A model generated the notes under the pieces. That model saw only the letters and a list, made by a program, of their open reading frames with translations. It had not been told where the DNA came from and did not search any database. The translations under genes were made by a program, and so were the position numbers. Below are positions 16,050 to 29,339 of a DNA stretch of 64,000 nt, piece after piece. Position 1 is the first letter of the stretch, and every line of letters starts with the position of its first letter. Source of the stretch: the human T2T-CHM13v2.0 reference genome, Homo sapiens; NCBI RefSeq assembly GCF_009914755.1, contig NC_060928.1. One strand, 5' to 3'.

Positions 16050-19000
16050 ATAGTGATCTTAAAATATTTAATAGTCTTTCTTTAAAATCCAAAATGTGAT
16101 TCTTACAAGTTATGTGCCACATGAAGCAGGTGTTATTTTTTGAGAAATGCAGGTGATAACTGAAAAACATAGCACTGAGGTATTTTTTATTTTTAAAATT
16201 GAAGGAAACAAAGTCTGGATCTAATTATTTTTACATTTACAAAAACTGCTACTGCTTGGCTCTTTTGCTATAAGTTTAGGTTCTGAATACATGACAAGAG
16301 TATGGGAAAGAGCAGAATAATAGTACACGCAGTTTTAAAAGCTATGCACATCATAACCTGGAATAATGATTACACAGCAAGAGGCCTGAGTGGAGGTAGG
16401 CTAACAACACATTTTGACTTTCTCCTCAAAGGATAGCTTTGAAAAACAAGTGTAACCAATTGTTACACCAAATTAAAATGGCAATATTAAATCGGTAACA
16501 AAACGATCCACATTTTATACAATATTGTATTTCCAAACATACATAGGTCATGAAAATCAGAGAACCTAATATAGCACCGTTGAAACCATTCATTATCCTT
16601 CATGTGTGTATGCAATTCAGAATTTCGGCAGAAGACAACAAATGGAAAATGCCTTTCGTTTCTATAAATCATTTTGGATTTCAATTAAATCTTTGCCTTA
16701 GTAAAGGGTATTCTTATCTCAAGATCAATTAGCCGTTTTTAGCTCCACCGTTTTGGAAGTAAAAATGATGAGCTACATCTACTTTTTAATTTAAAACCAA
16801 GAACCAAGCAGTAAGGACAGCAATGTCAAGAATATCACATTGAGAACCACACAGAACATTATAAAGAATTTGGTGCATGTTTTAACAACTACCAACTGAT
16901 GTTAACAATGAAAAATTTACAAAGGTAAAACTTTTTTTTTTTTTTTGCACTGACTGGTTTCAATACAGCACTGAATTTAACTCATCTTTGGGCTTCAATC
17001 TTTACATAGAGTGAATATGAAAATGCCATACTGAGGCCTTCCCCAACTTAAACCATAGTAAAGATTTCAAAATCATTCCAGTATGGTCTGAATGGTAACT
17101 GTTCTGGCTGACACATCTTTTTTTTTTTTTTTTTTTTTAAAAAGACATTTCCTGGCCAATTTTTTTGCTTGAAGATGATTGTCTGGTTATACAAGACATC
17201 AATCTGAAGGTAACAACTTATTTTAACTTAACTACTGGCATAACCATTGCCAGCAGTGAACTTGCACTAGTCCAAGCCAACTCAAAAACACACATTATAA
17301 ACATTTGAATGTCATTTTTAAAAGCGATGTCACAGTTTGTTTCCTAAGAAATTTAAAAGCTTTTATTTGAAAACGTATCTTCAGTTTAACCCTCAGAGTT
17401 AAGAAATATTTTTTAGATCATTAAATTCAATTGTGGTTGACGTGCTTTAACTACCGTTCTCTAAGTTGTGTGCTATACCTAGCCTGTGGGACTCCATAGC
17501 TTCTCTGAGTCCTAAAGTGGAGGATTCTGTTCCAATGCTTGTGAGCAAGAAGGATCCTCAAATGTCTAGGTTTCCAATATTCCAACACTGCTTTACTGGG
17601 CAGTGCTGTGTATGGAAGTTTTGTTTTGTTTTCAAAGGACCAAGTAACTTGACACCATATTAAAGACAGCAAACATTTTTTGTAGAAGTTTACAGCCTGT
17701 ATACATTATTCCGCCAAATTTAAGAACTTTAAATGGATTTTAATATGGATATGATAATGACAGCCATTAAAAGATGCTATTTCTTTTACTAACATTTCCC
17801 CAAATGGGCAAAATAGAGGCATCATGTGCCATTGGTTCTGTCATACTGGCCTTTGACTGTGTTGGGGAAGTAATCACACAAAAAGTGCCCATAAAACAAA
17901 GAAGGCAGCAAGTGAAACTAGAAAAAGGTTGGAACTGTATGAATCAGATTTGAAAGGAGTTATTTCTAAAATTCTTTCTTAGATGACTTGAGGAGGGAAG
18001 TGCAGGGGCATCTGGAGTTGGCCCCTCCACTGCCGTCCTGAAGTAAAGTAGATTCAGACTGTCCGTAAAGATTATCATGAGAGTTGGTGACTGCACCCCA
18101 AATCAGAGCCAGTTCCCTAAGAAGAATATGGTGCAAAACAAAACAAACCACACATTAAATACATGACACCGAAATCACTTTGATGAGAAAACAGAACACA
18201 CAGGTATTTTAAAATATAAATAAATACATTTAGCCATTTTTATTCAAGAACCCCAGAGAACTGCTTTAAAAGCAATTGCTTCTTTGAACCCCTTTCTAAA
18301 TTCTTTCATAAATACTTACTAGTTTGATTGTCACTTAATGCAGCACCTCAGTGTTTGCTGGTGGTGGTGATGGAATTTCACTTAGTTGTCTCTCCATAAA
18401 CTATATCCTATTCCACTAAATAATGTTTCCCTGAGGAAACCCAGGCAGCTTACAAAATACTGTTATAAACACTCACAACAAAACCTGCAGAGTATTTTAT
18501 TTAAGAAAAACAAGGAATGTAGTGTTATGACATAGGGGGAAAAAACTATGCAAAACAGTCACATGGAAAGAAAGTATTTTAATTTTTAAAATCCAAGTTT
18601 GCTTAATTTCTTGTGAACTGTTCAACACTGTTTTAAATATCCTGAATAACTGTGCCAACAAAATTCATCCCCAGTGTTTCCACAGGAGACATTAAAATTA
18701 AAGACCAAATTATACTATTTTTTTCCTTTAACCAAAGTATTCTTTTTCTCAGTCCTTTTTGTGCAAAAATATTACAAGAGCAATTCAAATGGAAATGCTG
18801 AAATGACATGCCAACATTTCAGGGCACATTTAAAACACTCAGAATAATTCTTGAAATTATTATATTCTAAAATGTTACTAGCAATCACTTTTAGATTAGT
18901 TCTGTACATCTACTCACACGGATGCAATTTTCCTAGACCTCTGAAAAATAAACAGGCTCATTGGTCTCTTTTGGTGTCCACACAATAGGCAAGATAGGTT

Positions 19001-22000
19001 TACAATAGTGTTTAAATCAAACTAGGCATCTACAATCTCTTGACTCCACCACATTCAAAACAAAAATCAAAGTTCATTTGGCTATCTTGAAATCACTCCC
19101 ATAAACCAACTACGGTTCACTGGACCTAAACATTTCTCAGAAATGTGTCATTTTATATAATTTCACCTAAGTAAGTGATGATTTGGGGATCCTTTAGAAA
19201 TGGTTAACGCCTAAGAATAAACTTTATCAAAATGAGTAATTGCAATAAAGTGCTTGTTACATTTCAAAATGATGCTTTTAGACTGTGGTATGTTGTTTTA
19301 AAAGTGTGTGCTATTCCTTCCGTAAAGGATCCCCAGGCATGAGAGTTGGGTCTTCTCACCTGTCTCATAAAGCAGCAGCACTATCTTTTGGTAGGCTGAC
19401 AATAGGCACATTACCCATGCGGATGAGGCTATACTAGTGCTATGGCAAAAGGGGAAGTAAATTAGAAAAGTGGGAGGCATGTAGAGGGTTCCTATTATAG
19501 TTATATACAAATATATTAAATATACTATAAAAATAGTCGATTCTATTCCTTTGCAATTACTTCAGAAGCTCCTTTTAGAAGAAAGCTCACCCAATCCAAA
19601 CTTAAAAGGTTCTCTTTCTCCAAACACTTAAAATGGCAAGTGCCTTTGTGCTGTTTCTTCTCTACCATTCAAAAATTCCAATCAGCTTGTCCTGGCTAGA
19701 AAGACTCACTCAGCAACATTAATATCCAGTGTTTACCCCCTTCCAACAGGGACTCCTGTGGGACTAAGGGCCACAGGTAATTGGAAAGGTTATAGACTTG
19801 AATGCGTTTTACACAAATATTCATCAACAAACTTTCAATTACCAAAGAAACAGAAAGAAAAAAGCAGAAATACTAAAGTAAAATGCTATTTGCATTCCAC
19901 TTTTAAAAAGTTTGCCTCAATGTAGTGGAAACATCTGAAAACATGTTGAGTAATATCCAGTTTAAAAGAATTTTCACTTGTCTGCGTAGAGTACTATTTT
20001 AAGGATCCCTTTCTAAGGCTTCCTGAACAAGGGTTCTTCTCCCTTCAACAGTGCTCTTGATGGAGCTGGACTGCTTCAGTGCTCCTAGCGTCAAGCAGAC
20101 TGCTTTAAGGCAATGACCAACAACTACAGCACTTCTGAAGACCAAACATTTTCACTATTTTGCACTGAATGTTCTATAACAAACTATTCCAAATCACTGG
20201 CATCTTGTTATTACTATTCCATTCCTAAGCCAGATATAAATGACAAAGGAGAGCACAGCACTGTCAAGTTACCCCCGGAATTTGGGATGCTCGAAGGCTA
20301 GACCGTAGTATTTACTCACATGCTACCTGCATCTCCCATACTTTTCTCCAATATTTTCCATTCAAAAAATGAAGTACTTTTTAAGTGTCTCGGTTCTGGT
20401 TTGACACCACTCTAAGGAGCAACTTTATTAACCCTTCTAGTTCTCACTTGCATTTGTTAAACAATACTGACTCTCCCAAAACTATGATAACTGCAAGTCC
20501 AAAGCACGGTAACTGCAGAGTAGCTAGCATTTTTCCTGAAACTCAGTAGTTTCTTACCTAAAAAGTACCACCCAGAATAAGTGTTTTTAAGAAAGTGAGA
20601 ATAAAGCAGAGGGAAGACTTTTTTTTTTTTTTTTTTAAAGCTGGAAGGTGTTTCTATTTGGTATCTTTAAATGCTATAGATTTGGGATTTTAACTAACAG
20701 CTTTGGCTATAGAAATGAAGAACAGACACTGCTGAATCTTCATTTGAATGCTCAAGTTTCATGGGGCAGGGTGGGGGGCGGGATAGCTTTGCAACCCAAA
20801 TTTAAGAGAATCAGGAGGAAAACAAAGCAGCAAAGAGGCAGCTGGTGCTTACTACCTCTTCCACTACTACGCTTCAGACTGACAGAAAAGCAGCTAGCTG
20901 CTCCTTTAAATTAGCAATGGTTAATTCTAAGCAGGAAAAGATGAGCTGCGAAGAACAGTAAGAATCATAAAGGAAAATTTTAATTTTTTCCCCCGACTAT
21001 TTGTGGAGATGGGAAATAATTGAAGGGGCTGGAGTAGGACAATGTGAGTAAACAGTTTAGACGTTTACCTGGGGCTTGTCTTATGCTTTGTTGCTGTCAA
21101 CCTAAGTAGTACTCACAGTTCACCATCTTTTAAGTGTGGTATGTAGAGGACAGGCCTCAATATAATAGTTCTTCATATCTTTTGTTAGCTAAATCCGTAT
21201 CACTAGGTATTGCCAATAAATAAATGAGGCACAACTCAGATATATATGGAATGGCATAAGGTCAAGAAAGGCAATTTGAAAGGGGAGAAGAACAATGCTA
21301 TTGCCATATTCCACAACATCCCCCTTGTCTGTGTACATATGCTCAGGTACATACATATTCTGACAACTATTCTTGATATTCATGGGAATGTGGGAAATCT
21401 CTACTGGATGGTCATTTAGCTAGAAGAGCTCCTTGATATGTTAATTACTGATTGATATCTAGTCACACTTCTTTTGTAGAAGGGTAAGTACCAATTTTCT
21501 TTGGTTGTTTTCTTTTTCAACATTAATGTTCAAAGTAATTGTAGCCAGGTAGAATTTTCTGCAGAAAGACAAAGTATATGCCTTAAGGATAACAGCAAAG
21601 CAGAGGACAGAGAAGTCTTAAGAACTGGCTTAGCATTCCCCTGACCTCTTTACCTAGCAATTCTGCATTAGGTTAATCTTCATTATTCAGAACCTTTTCT
21701 GTTTTAACAACCTCAACTCTGTTACACATTTTCTTTTGAGGTCAATTTTGATTTATTACACTTGTCCTCTCCTCCCTTTCCTCAGTAATAACATTTTTTA
21801 TATTCTAATAATGTATTTTCTACTAATCCTCTTTTGTTCTATCACTGTAAATTTCATTAGTACCATAAAATCTGTAAAATGTTTTTTAAATGTATGTAAC
21901 TTGTATTGGAATTTATTACTTTTAGAATATGATATTGCCAAAGGAAATCTTAGTTCACGTTTAGAAGGCATGTGAGTTACAATATTCTAATGTTGTAGTG

Positions 22001-23558
22001 AAGGCATAGCCAAATCCCTACCCCTTCTTTTTTCTTTGTAGGAATATCAAGATCATATTGAGCAAATATTTCTGGTAAATTCTTAAATGACTAAAGAAAA
22101 ATGCTGATTTAGGAAACAATTTTAGGATCACATTAATAACTATGATAGTGTTAGGTTATCATCTTTTATTTCTAAATTATTTGTACCTCCAGTCCAAGAG
22201 ACTGATAGCAGTCTTCAGAGGAACTTATTAGGAGACTAATAATGACACTGACACCCACATGCTGTTAAAAAGGTACTAAGGTTTCAAAACTGCTACGGAA
22301 ACCGGACAATGACTTCAAGATGGTGAGTTATCACCTGAATTAAAATCAAGGCACTATGGGGTTTTTTCCCCTCAAATAACCCTGAATCATTTCTGACTAA
22401 AAGAAGCATTGAAATTGTGAAGGATAATAAAAAAGATTTCAACAAATCCCAAAAGTTAAAATTCCCATGATTGAGAATGTTAAAAAGTGCCTAAGATGTT
22501 TTGTGTGCAAATTTTACCTCTATAACTGAAACATTCTTGAAATTACTTTCAGGCTTGTTGAAAACCATTTACGCAAATATTTCCAACTATGAACTATAAC
22601 AAAATATGCAATCAAAACTCCCAGCCACCTAAAATAAAGCAGTGCAAATCCTATTTTCAAACATAATTGAAAAATAATGAAATGAGGGATATTTCTGAAT
22701 AACTTGAAAATCCTGTTGTATCAATAATTTAACCTGAAAAAAAAAATCCATTCCCAGCAGCACATCATACCTCACTGAACAAACTGTGACATCACAGCCA
22801 AAGTATGAACAAAAAAACTTGTGCCCCGGAAAAGTGAACAGAACACTACTGTGTTGTAAACAAAAGGAAAAACAGGATGGATCAGTTTGCACATGGTGTC
22901 AGAATTTCAGGAAAGGTGCTCACACCTGTAAGGAAGAGATAACGCTTTCATGCAGCATACAAAATGTTTTGCTTTCTCTCCTTTTATCTAGACATATACA
23001 TATTTTTACATCATCTGTACATAGAGAATTTGAACCCACACAACATTCTGAAAGTAATTACTGTTCCATCATTATCTGAAAAGGGAGAGGGGTTGGGGGA
23101 GGGGGTCGCTACCAAGTCTACTGGACTGTCTTCATGGCATCACTGTAAGCAAACCCCTGACATGGCAGTGGTATGTCCTCTGTAACACTTGATAAGAGGC
23201 ACAGAACCACTAAAAGTTACTAACATCATTAGTGCCTTTCTGATTCCCTGGAGGTCATTTCATAGCTGAGCTTCTTAATATTTGGCAATATATTCTTTTT
23301 CCATCAAAAAATATCCAGGCACCTAAAACACTGTCAGAACTGGCTATGCCCCTATGATCACCTCCTGCTGGCTGGTATTTAATGTACATCTGTAGCACTA
23401 GGCAGCATTTTCTCTGCCAACTAATTCCAGGAACTAGAACACTCAATACTGCATCTCATGAAACTGCTGGAACTTTCCCTCCTTTCCTCAGGTCATCTGA
23501 GTAACTCTTAATGGGCCATCCCCTTCCTCCCTTGATGTCAAGAGAGGAAGCACGTGTG
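16050..23558 (-). other. CLOCK: CLOCK long 3' UTR (~7.5 kb to the distal site)
   Basis: continuous AU-rich sequence with no recognisable transposon after the stop; ATTAAA on - at 16067-16072; distal end inferred. Confidence 0.7.
16067..16072 (-). terminator. CLOCK: probable distal CLOCK poly(A) signal ATTAAA
   Basis: tttaat on +; U-rich downstream element on - (complement of aataaaagaaagggaaa, 16025-16041). Confidence 0.6.
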
Positions 23559-23738
23559 CTACTGTGGTTGAACCTTGGAAGGGTCGGGCAAGCTGTCAGT
23601 CCTGTGCCGGCTGAGTTGCTGCTGTTGCTGAGACTGATGTTGCTGGTGATGTGACTGAGGGAAGGTGCTCTGTTGTAGAGGAAATGCAGCAGAGAGAATG
23701 AGTTGAGTTGAGGGATTCCCATGGAGCAACCTAGAAGT
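23559..23738 (-). CDS. CLOCK: CLOCK exon 23, coding part
   Basis: tttttag acceptor; 180 nt [23 protein letters not shown]...[16 protein letters not shown], stop TAG. Confidence 0.97.
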   Translation of the reverse strand, partial: TSRLLHGNPSTQLILSAAFPLQQSTFPQSHHQQHQSQQQQQLSRHRTDSLPDPSKVQPQ

Positions 23739-24194
23739 CTAAAAAACAAATGGATTATGCAGCATTGCTTTACTCCCTTTATGGCACCCACATAATAGTT
23801 ACTCACACTCTCCCCTGTCCATAGGGACAAAATCCTTAAAATTCTACATAATGCATATCACTTTCACTCTCTGGTTTAAAAATTCTAATTTGGAAAATGC
23901 TTATGAGGCCTTCCCTCTTTCTGAAAGTATGAGAGAGTTTCATTTTTTAAAGGAATCTGAGCTACAGATTTTATGGTATAGAAAGCAATCTATATCTTGA
24001 GCCAAATCACACACGTTCTTTCACTTTATGTCCTAAAGACCCATATTTTAAATTACAAAATTTGAGCATAGTTATGACTATATGAAAAACAAATACTCTG
24101 AGGCCAGACAGACAATGCCTTCTGCACACAGGTTCGCTCAGCTGGTTAGAGCGGCACAGTTAAGTGGCCAGGAGCGTGGTGGGCCCTGAGGTAG

Positions 24195-24560
24195 ACTGAA
24201 TGGTTCAAACTTGGGCTGCCCTACTTACCACATGTGTGACTTGGTCAAGCTGTTTACTTCTCTGGGCCTCAGTTTCTTTCTTTAGAAAATAGGAATAACA
24301 GTGCCTACCACATTGGGTTCTTAATAAAGATTAAATATTAATATTATTTAAAAGCATCATAAATATGAAGGCAAAGTTGCAGCCTTAGGTCCGATAAGCA
24401 GCAGTGTGGTATAAAGACAGACAAACAAAACAAAATGAAAAAAGGCACAGGATTTGCAGACAGAAGCCCTGCATTTGAGTTTTGCTCTGCCATTTACATA
24501 AGTAAGCTGTGTGACTCTGGGCAAGACTCAAATAGATGAGCCTCTGTTCCTTTCACCAAA
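24195..24560 (+). mobile_element. MIR fragments
   Basis: tgtgtgacttggtcaagctgtttacttctctgggcctcagtttc core. Confidence 0.7.
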
Positions 24561-26425
24561 TTTGTACTTCTGACATGCTGTTCATTAATGTAAAACTCTC
24601 AGATACAAAAAAATGTTAACAGAAAGAAAGTGAATTTTTACAATGAAAGTCCTTTCCCCATTACTGACAGTACAACTTGATGCAGGGTTCTTAATTTCAA
24701 AATGGAGCTGTGGTGGGCAATTTTTGCAAATGTATATGAAAGAAACATGCACAAACACACACACAAAAGAGCAAATCCCTGACAAACCTTAAAGACTACT
24801 ACACTTTGTCAAGGATCTTCAGAGTTTTCTTTCTCTCTTTGTTATTAGGAAAAGCTGTGTAAGGCAAAGACTTGATACTTATGAGCCTTATAAGATTACA
24901 ACAGGAGCATGTTTTAAAACTAGGTATTACATAATTTAGAAAAGCCAAATTGTGTATTTATTACCTACATACAAGTGTATTTATGAGGGGTATTGCCTAT
25001 CTTATTTCTTTGTGGGTCCTATGTCTTTGGGATGCCTTTTTTTTTTTTTTTTTTTTGAGAATGTTTATTCTTTTAAGGGCCTTTGTTCCTTGACATACTT
25101 AGAAGACTGAGATGTTAAGGCAGGTCCTCTCCTTTTTTTAGCTTATGCTTAATTCTCATTGGATACATTTTCCCTACATAATAATTTAGAACTTGTTTTA
25201 AATTGTTGTTATTTCTTTATTTGTAATAGTAGCTACCCCAGTTATGTCTGCAGCATAGGCTTAAGGTCTAAAAGACTGTATGACTCTCAGATATTTAGGC
25301 AACTAGCCTGTTTTAGTTTTCTACATCACAAAGACAAGGATTATATTTGGACCAGGACACAAAGGGTGACAAATTAAGACTATATTTATGCCTGAATATA
25401 GAGTACAATAATCACATCACATGTTATATAACCCAGAAATTGATGATAAGTGCCCAGCCTAGATGAAGTGGTCTCTAGTACACATACAGACTAGCCTACA
25501 TTCAAAATTGCTCCAGCTAGGCCAGAAGGGGAAAAGGTAGATTTCTAGTGAGGATCCTGAGGTCCAGATAAGGGTTTTGTACATTTCTCTGCTGAGGATC
25601 TTGCCTAGTGACTTTCTTCTGTATCCTATAGATAAGGAGAGCCTGTCTGATTCACTAAATGATATCTGTGTCTATATTTTGGCTAATCCAAGTGTCTATT
25701 ACATTTGTCAATATAGCGGTCACAAATAACAGCTAGCCATGTGCCTTGTCTTATATTCAGTGATTTACAAGCACTATTAATCCATGAGGTATCAATTATT
25801 ATGACCTCCACTTTACACGTGACGTTTACCAAGAGTAAGCAACCTGCCAAAGGTCACGCAGTACGTGGTGCAGCAGTGACTCAACCCCAAGGCAGCTAGA
25901 CTTTACAGCCCAAGTTCTTAGCTATACATATACTTAGCTCATAGATATACTACACCTCCATGGTATTTCTCCTCTGATATTAATTTACAACTGAAAAATT
26001 ATAATAAGATTGAATTCAACAAAATAATTTAAGGTAACACCTATACTAGTAAAAAGAAATCCCTGCTCTGTACAGAGCAGAGTTTATGGTTGGCTAGAAA
26101 AAGGAGGAAAGAGGTGCTTGCTTAAGTTCCAGAAACTCTAGCCAGAGACTAAGAAAACAGGTGGGCAGGAAGTAGGCCACTCACTCTGTCCAGCAGTTCT
26201 GATAACTGGGTATGCCCAATGGCACGTCTAAAGTCTTCCAACGACTGAGCAAGGGAAGAAAAAAAATCGCCAACCAGAACAAGCTTTCTATCTTTGTAGA
26301 GATTTAAACTGTACAATAAGCTTTTGTGAATTTTTCACATCACTCACAAATCTGTTCACTTAATGCTTAATTTCATTACATGAAAGTAAATGAGTTTGAA
26401 GCAGCTTCCCCATGGGGAGAATTAC

Positions 26426-26681
26426 CTGTAAAAATTGTTGCGGTGGCTGGGTCAGCTGAGCCTGAGATGGTTGCTGAACTGAAGTGAGCTGCTGCTCCTG
26501 GGAGCTCTGCTGCTGCTGCTGCTGCGTTACTGACAATGTCTGTGACTGTTGCTGTTGTGTAGCAAAAGTAGGATATGCAGTCACCACCTGGCCCATAAGC
26601 ATAGTACTAGGTACCATGACTGCCCCACAAGCTACAGGAGCAGTCACTAATTTGGTCACAAGTTGTTGACCTTGAGAAAAT
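26426..26681 (-). CDS. CLOCK: CLOCK exon 22 (Q-rich region)
   Basis: ttctaacag/gtaatt; 256 nt [19 protein letters not shown]...[13 protein letters not shown]...PPQQFLQ. Confidence 0.96.
26507..26524 (-). repeat. CLOCK: coding (CAG)6 polyQ tract
   Basis: (ctg)6 on +. Confidence 0.95.
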
Positions 26682-26889
26682 CTGTTAGAAGAAAGAAGGA
26701 AAAAAATTGGAGTCCAAAGTACAAGGTATACATCATAAAACGCAGTGGAGTAAATACTTACCTAAGATAATACCCAATGACATTGCCAGTTTGTTTTTCA
26801 AGGTCTGTATATTCCTACTTTGTTTCATTTTAAAAGATTCCCTTTGGTGTAACAGTAAAACAAAAAATTCATACAGCAAGATCAATGTG

Positions 26890-28165
26890 TAACAAAAATA
26901 CAAAACGTCTTTGGATATCCACATTCAAAAGAATAAAGTTAGATCCTTACCTCACATCACAGACAAAGATTAACTTGAAATGGACCAAAGACCAAAACAT
27001 AAGAGCTAATGCTATAAAACTCTTAGAAGAAAACATAGGGGAAAAGCTTCATGACATTGGATTTAGCAATAGTTAGCAGCTGGAATTAGCAATAATTTCT
27101 TGGATATGATACCAAAAGTACAGGCAACAAAAGAACAGATAAACAGATAAACTGGACTGTATCAAATTAAAAATCTTGTGAATCAAAGGGCACTATCAAC
27201 AGAGTAAAAAGGTAACTGTCCCATCCCACAGATGGGAGAAAATATCTGCATATCATCCTTCTGATAAGGGATTAGTAACCAGAATGTCTAAGAGCTCCTT
27301 CAACTCAACAACAATCAACCCAATTAAAAAAATGGGCAAAGGTCAAACTTGAACAAACACTTCTCCAAAGAAGATACACAAATGGCTAATAAGCACATGA
27401 AAAGGTGCTCCACATCACTAATCATTAGGGAAATACAAATCAAAACCACAACAAGAGGCTACTTTATACCCATCAGGATGGCTATTATAAAAAACAAACA
27501 ACAATAGAAAATGACCAGTGTTGGCAAGCAAGTAGAGAAACCTTGTGCAGTGCTGGTGGGAATGTAAAAATGGTGCAGCCACTATGGAAAACAGTATGCA
27601 GTTCCTCAAAAAATTCACTATAGGATTACTATATGAAGGAATTCCACTTCTGCTTATATAACCCCCCAAAATGAAAGCAGGGACTCAAAGAGATATTTGT
27701 ACACCCATAATCATAAGCAGCATTATTCACAGGAGCCAAAAAGTGGAAGTAACCCAAGACTCCATTGACAGACGGAATGAATAAGCAAAACATAGTAGAG
27801 TAGAATATTACTTAGCCTTAAAAAGGAAAGAAATTCTGACAATTGCTGTAACATGGATGAACCCTGAGAACATTATCCTAAGTAAAATAAGCCATTCACA
27901 AAAGGACAAATACTGTATGATTCCATTTATATGAGGTACTTAGACTAGTCCAATTTACAGGGACAGAAAGTAGAATGGTGGTTGGGGAGAGAAGAATGGG
28001 GACTTGTATAATGGGTATGGAGTTTCTGTTTGGGAAGATGAAAAAAGTTCTGGAAATGGTTAGGGGAGATGGTAACAATCGTACTCAGTGACAATGAACT
28101 GTATATTTTAAAACGGTTAACATGGTAACTTTTATGTCATTTGTATTTTTCCACAATAAAAATTT
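26890..28165 (+). mobile_element. L1MB-type LINE 3' portion
   Basis: decayed ORF2 C-terminus (IKLDPYLT..KINLKWTKD.NIRA..IKLLEENIGE) plus 3' UTR ending acaataaaa. Confidence 0.85.
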
Positions 28166-29339
28166 TTTTTAATCTATAAAAAAAAACCTTTTTCTTTTTA
28201 TAAAATTACTAGGTACTAGGGGTGTCAGATATATGTGGCACATGATTCATCTGCTACACTGGCACACAGTTCATGAATAAACAAAGCTATTATAATGTAT
28301 TTTTTAAACTCTAGGTTTATAGAAGAAATTTACACAAAATTGTAGCTTACAAATTTAATTCAAAACCAAATGACATTCTAACAGTGAATAAAAACTCCTC
28401 TCAATTTATAAATTCATCAACGCAGCATAGCGTCCTCTGTGCTAGAATTCATTAATTTTTCCCTCTTTCCCTGCTTCCTTTTGCTTTTTGAAATGAAAGA
28501 ACAATAACCCCAAAAAAATGATGCTTCTTTGTGGAACAATATTATTTCCATTTGCCTTTTCTGTGAGATGAAGTTTATAACATTGGTCATTACAGTGAGA
28601 TATGACACTAACATAGATGTGGCATGACATAACTGTATTTACAAACTGTTTATGTAACAATATTACACTTAGTACAGATCTTGACAATAAAATACTCTAT
28701 TTTATACACTACACAACCAAATACTTTAATGCAAAACAAAAAAGAATTAAAATTGTCCATATTAAGAAAGTCCAAAGAAATAAGTAATATTTACAAAGTA
28801 CACTTAGTCACAGAAGTACTAAGTGCTGATTTCTCCATAATCTTAAATTAATACCTGAATTAGCCCATGGCTCACTGGTAAATGTGATAAGAATATTTTC
28901 TTTAATCTGCTTTCGTGTAACTCACACTTCTGCAGCTTTGTATACTCTGGGCTCCCTCTGCCCAGAATGCCTCCCTAGACTCCATGCCACACCCACATCC
29001 AAAGCCAAGCTCAAGTCTTGAAGAGTCAGGGCAAGTATCTCTGCCTTGGTGAAGCTTTCCTGACCACACCTTTATTCACCTGCTTGCCTCAACCCATGAA
29101 ACTGCTTACAAAAACAAAACAAAACAAAACACAACACAACAAAAAACTGCTCACTTCCTCCTTTCTAAAGACCTCTGAAGTATTCATCACCCCAAACAAT
29201 ACCGATTTATCTTTCTATTGCTTTTACTAGTTTGGTCTTTCCCTTGGGGAAGGAACGATGCCATACTCATCTAGGTAGGCCTTCAAATGTTTGCTAAGAT
29301 GTGGTTTCTGTCCCCCTCAAAAGATAGATGTTCAGGGAA

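Noticed and set aside
23456-23830. 124-aa ORF overlapping the last CLOCK exon in another frame
   Set aside because: Starts in the intron at a non-ATG codon. It would need the +8 AG acceptor, which nothing here supports.
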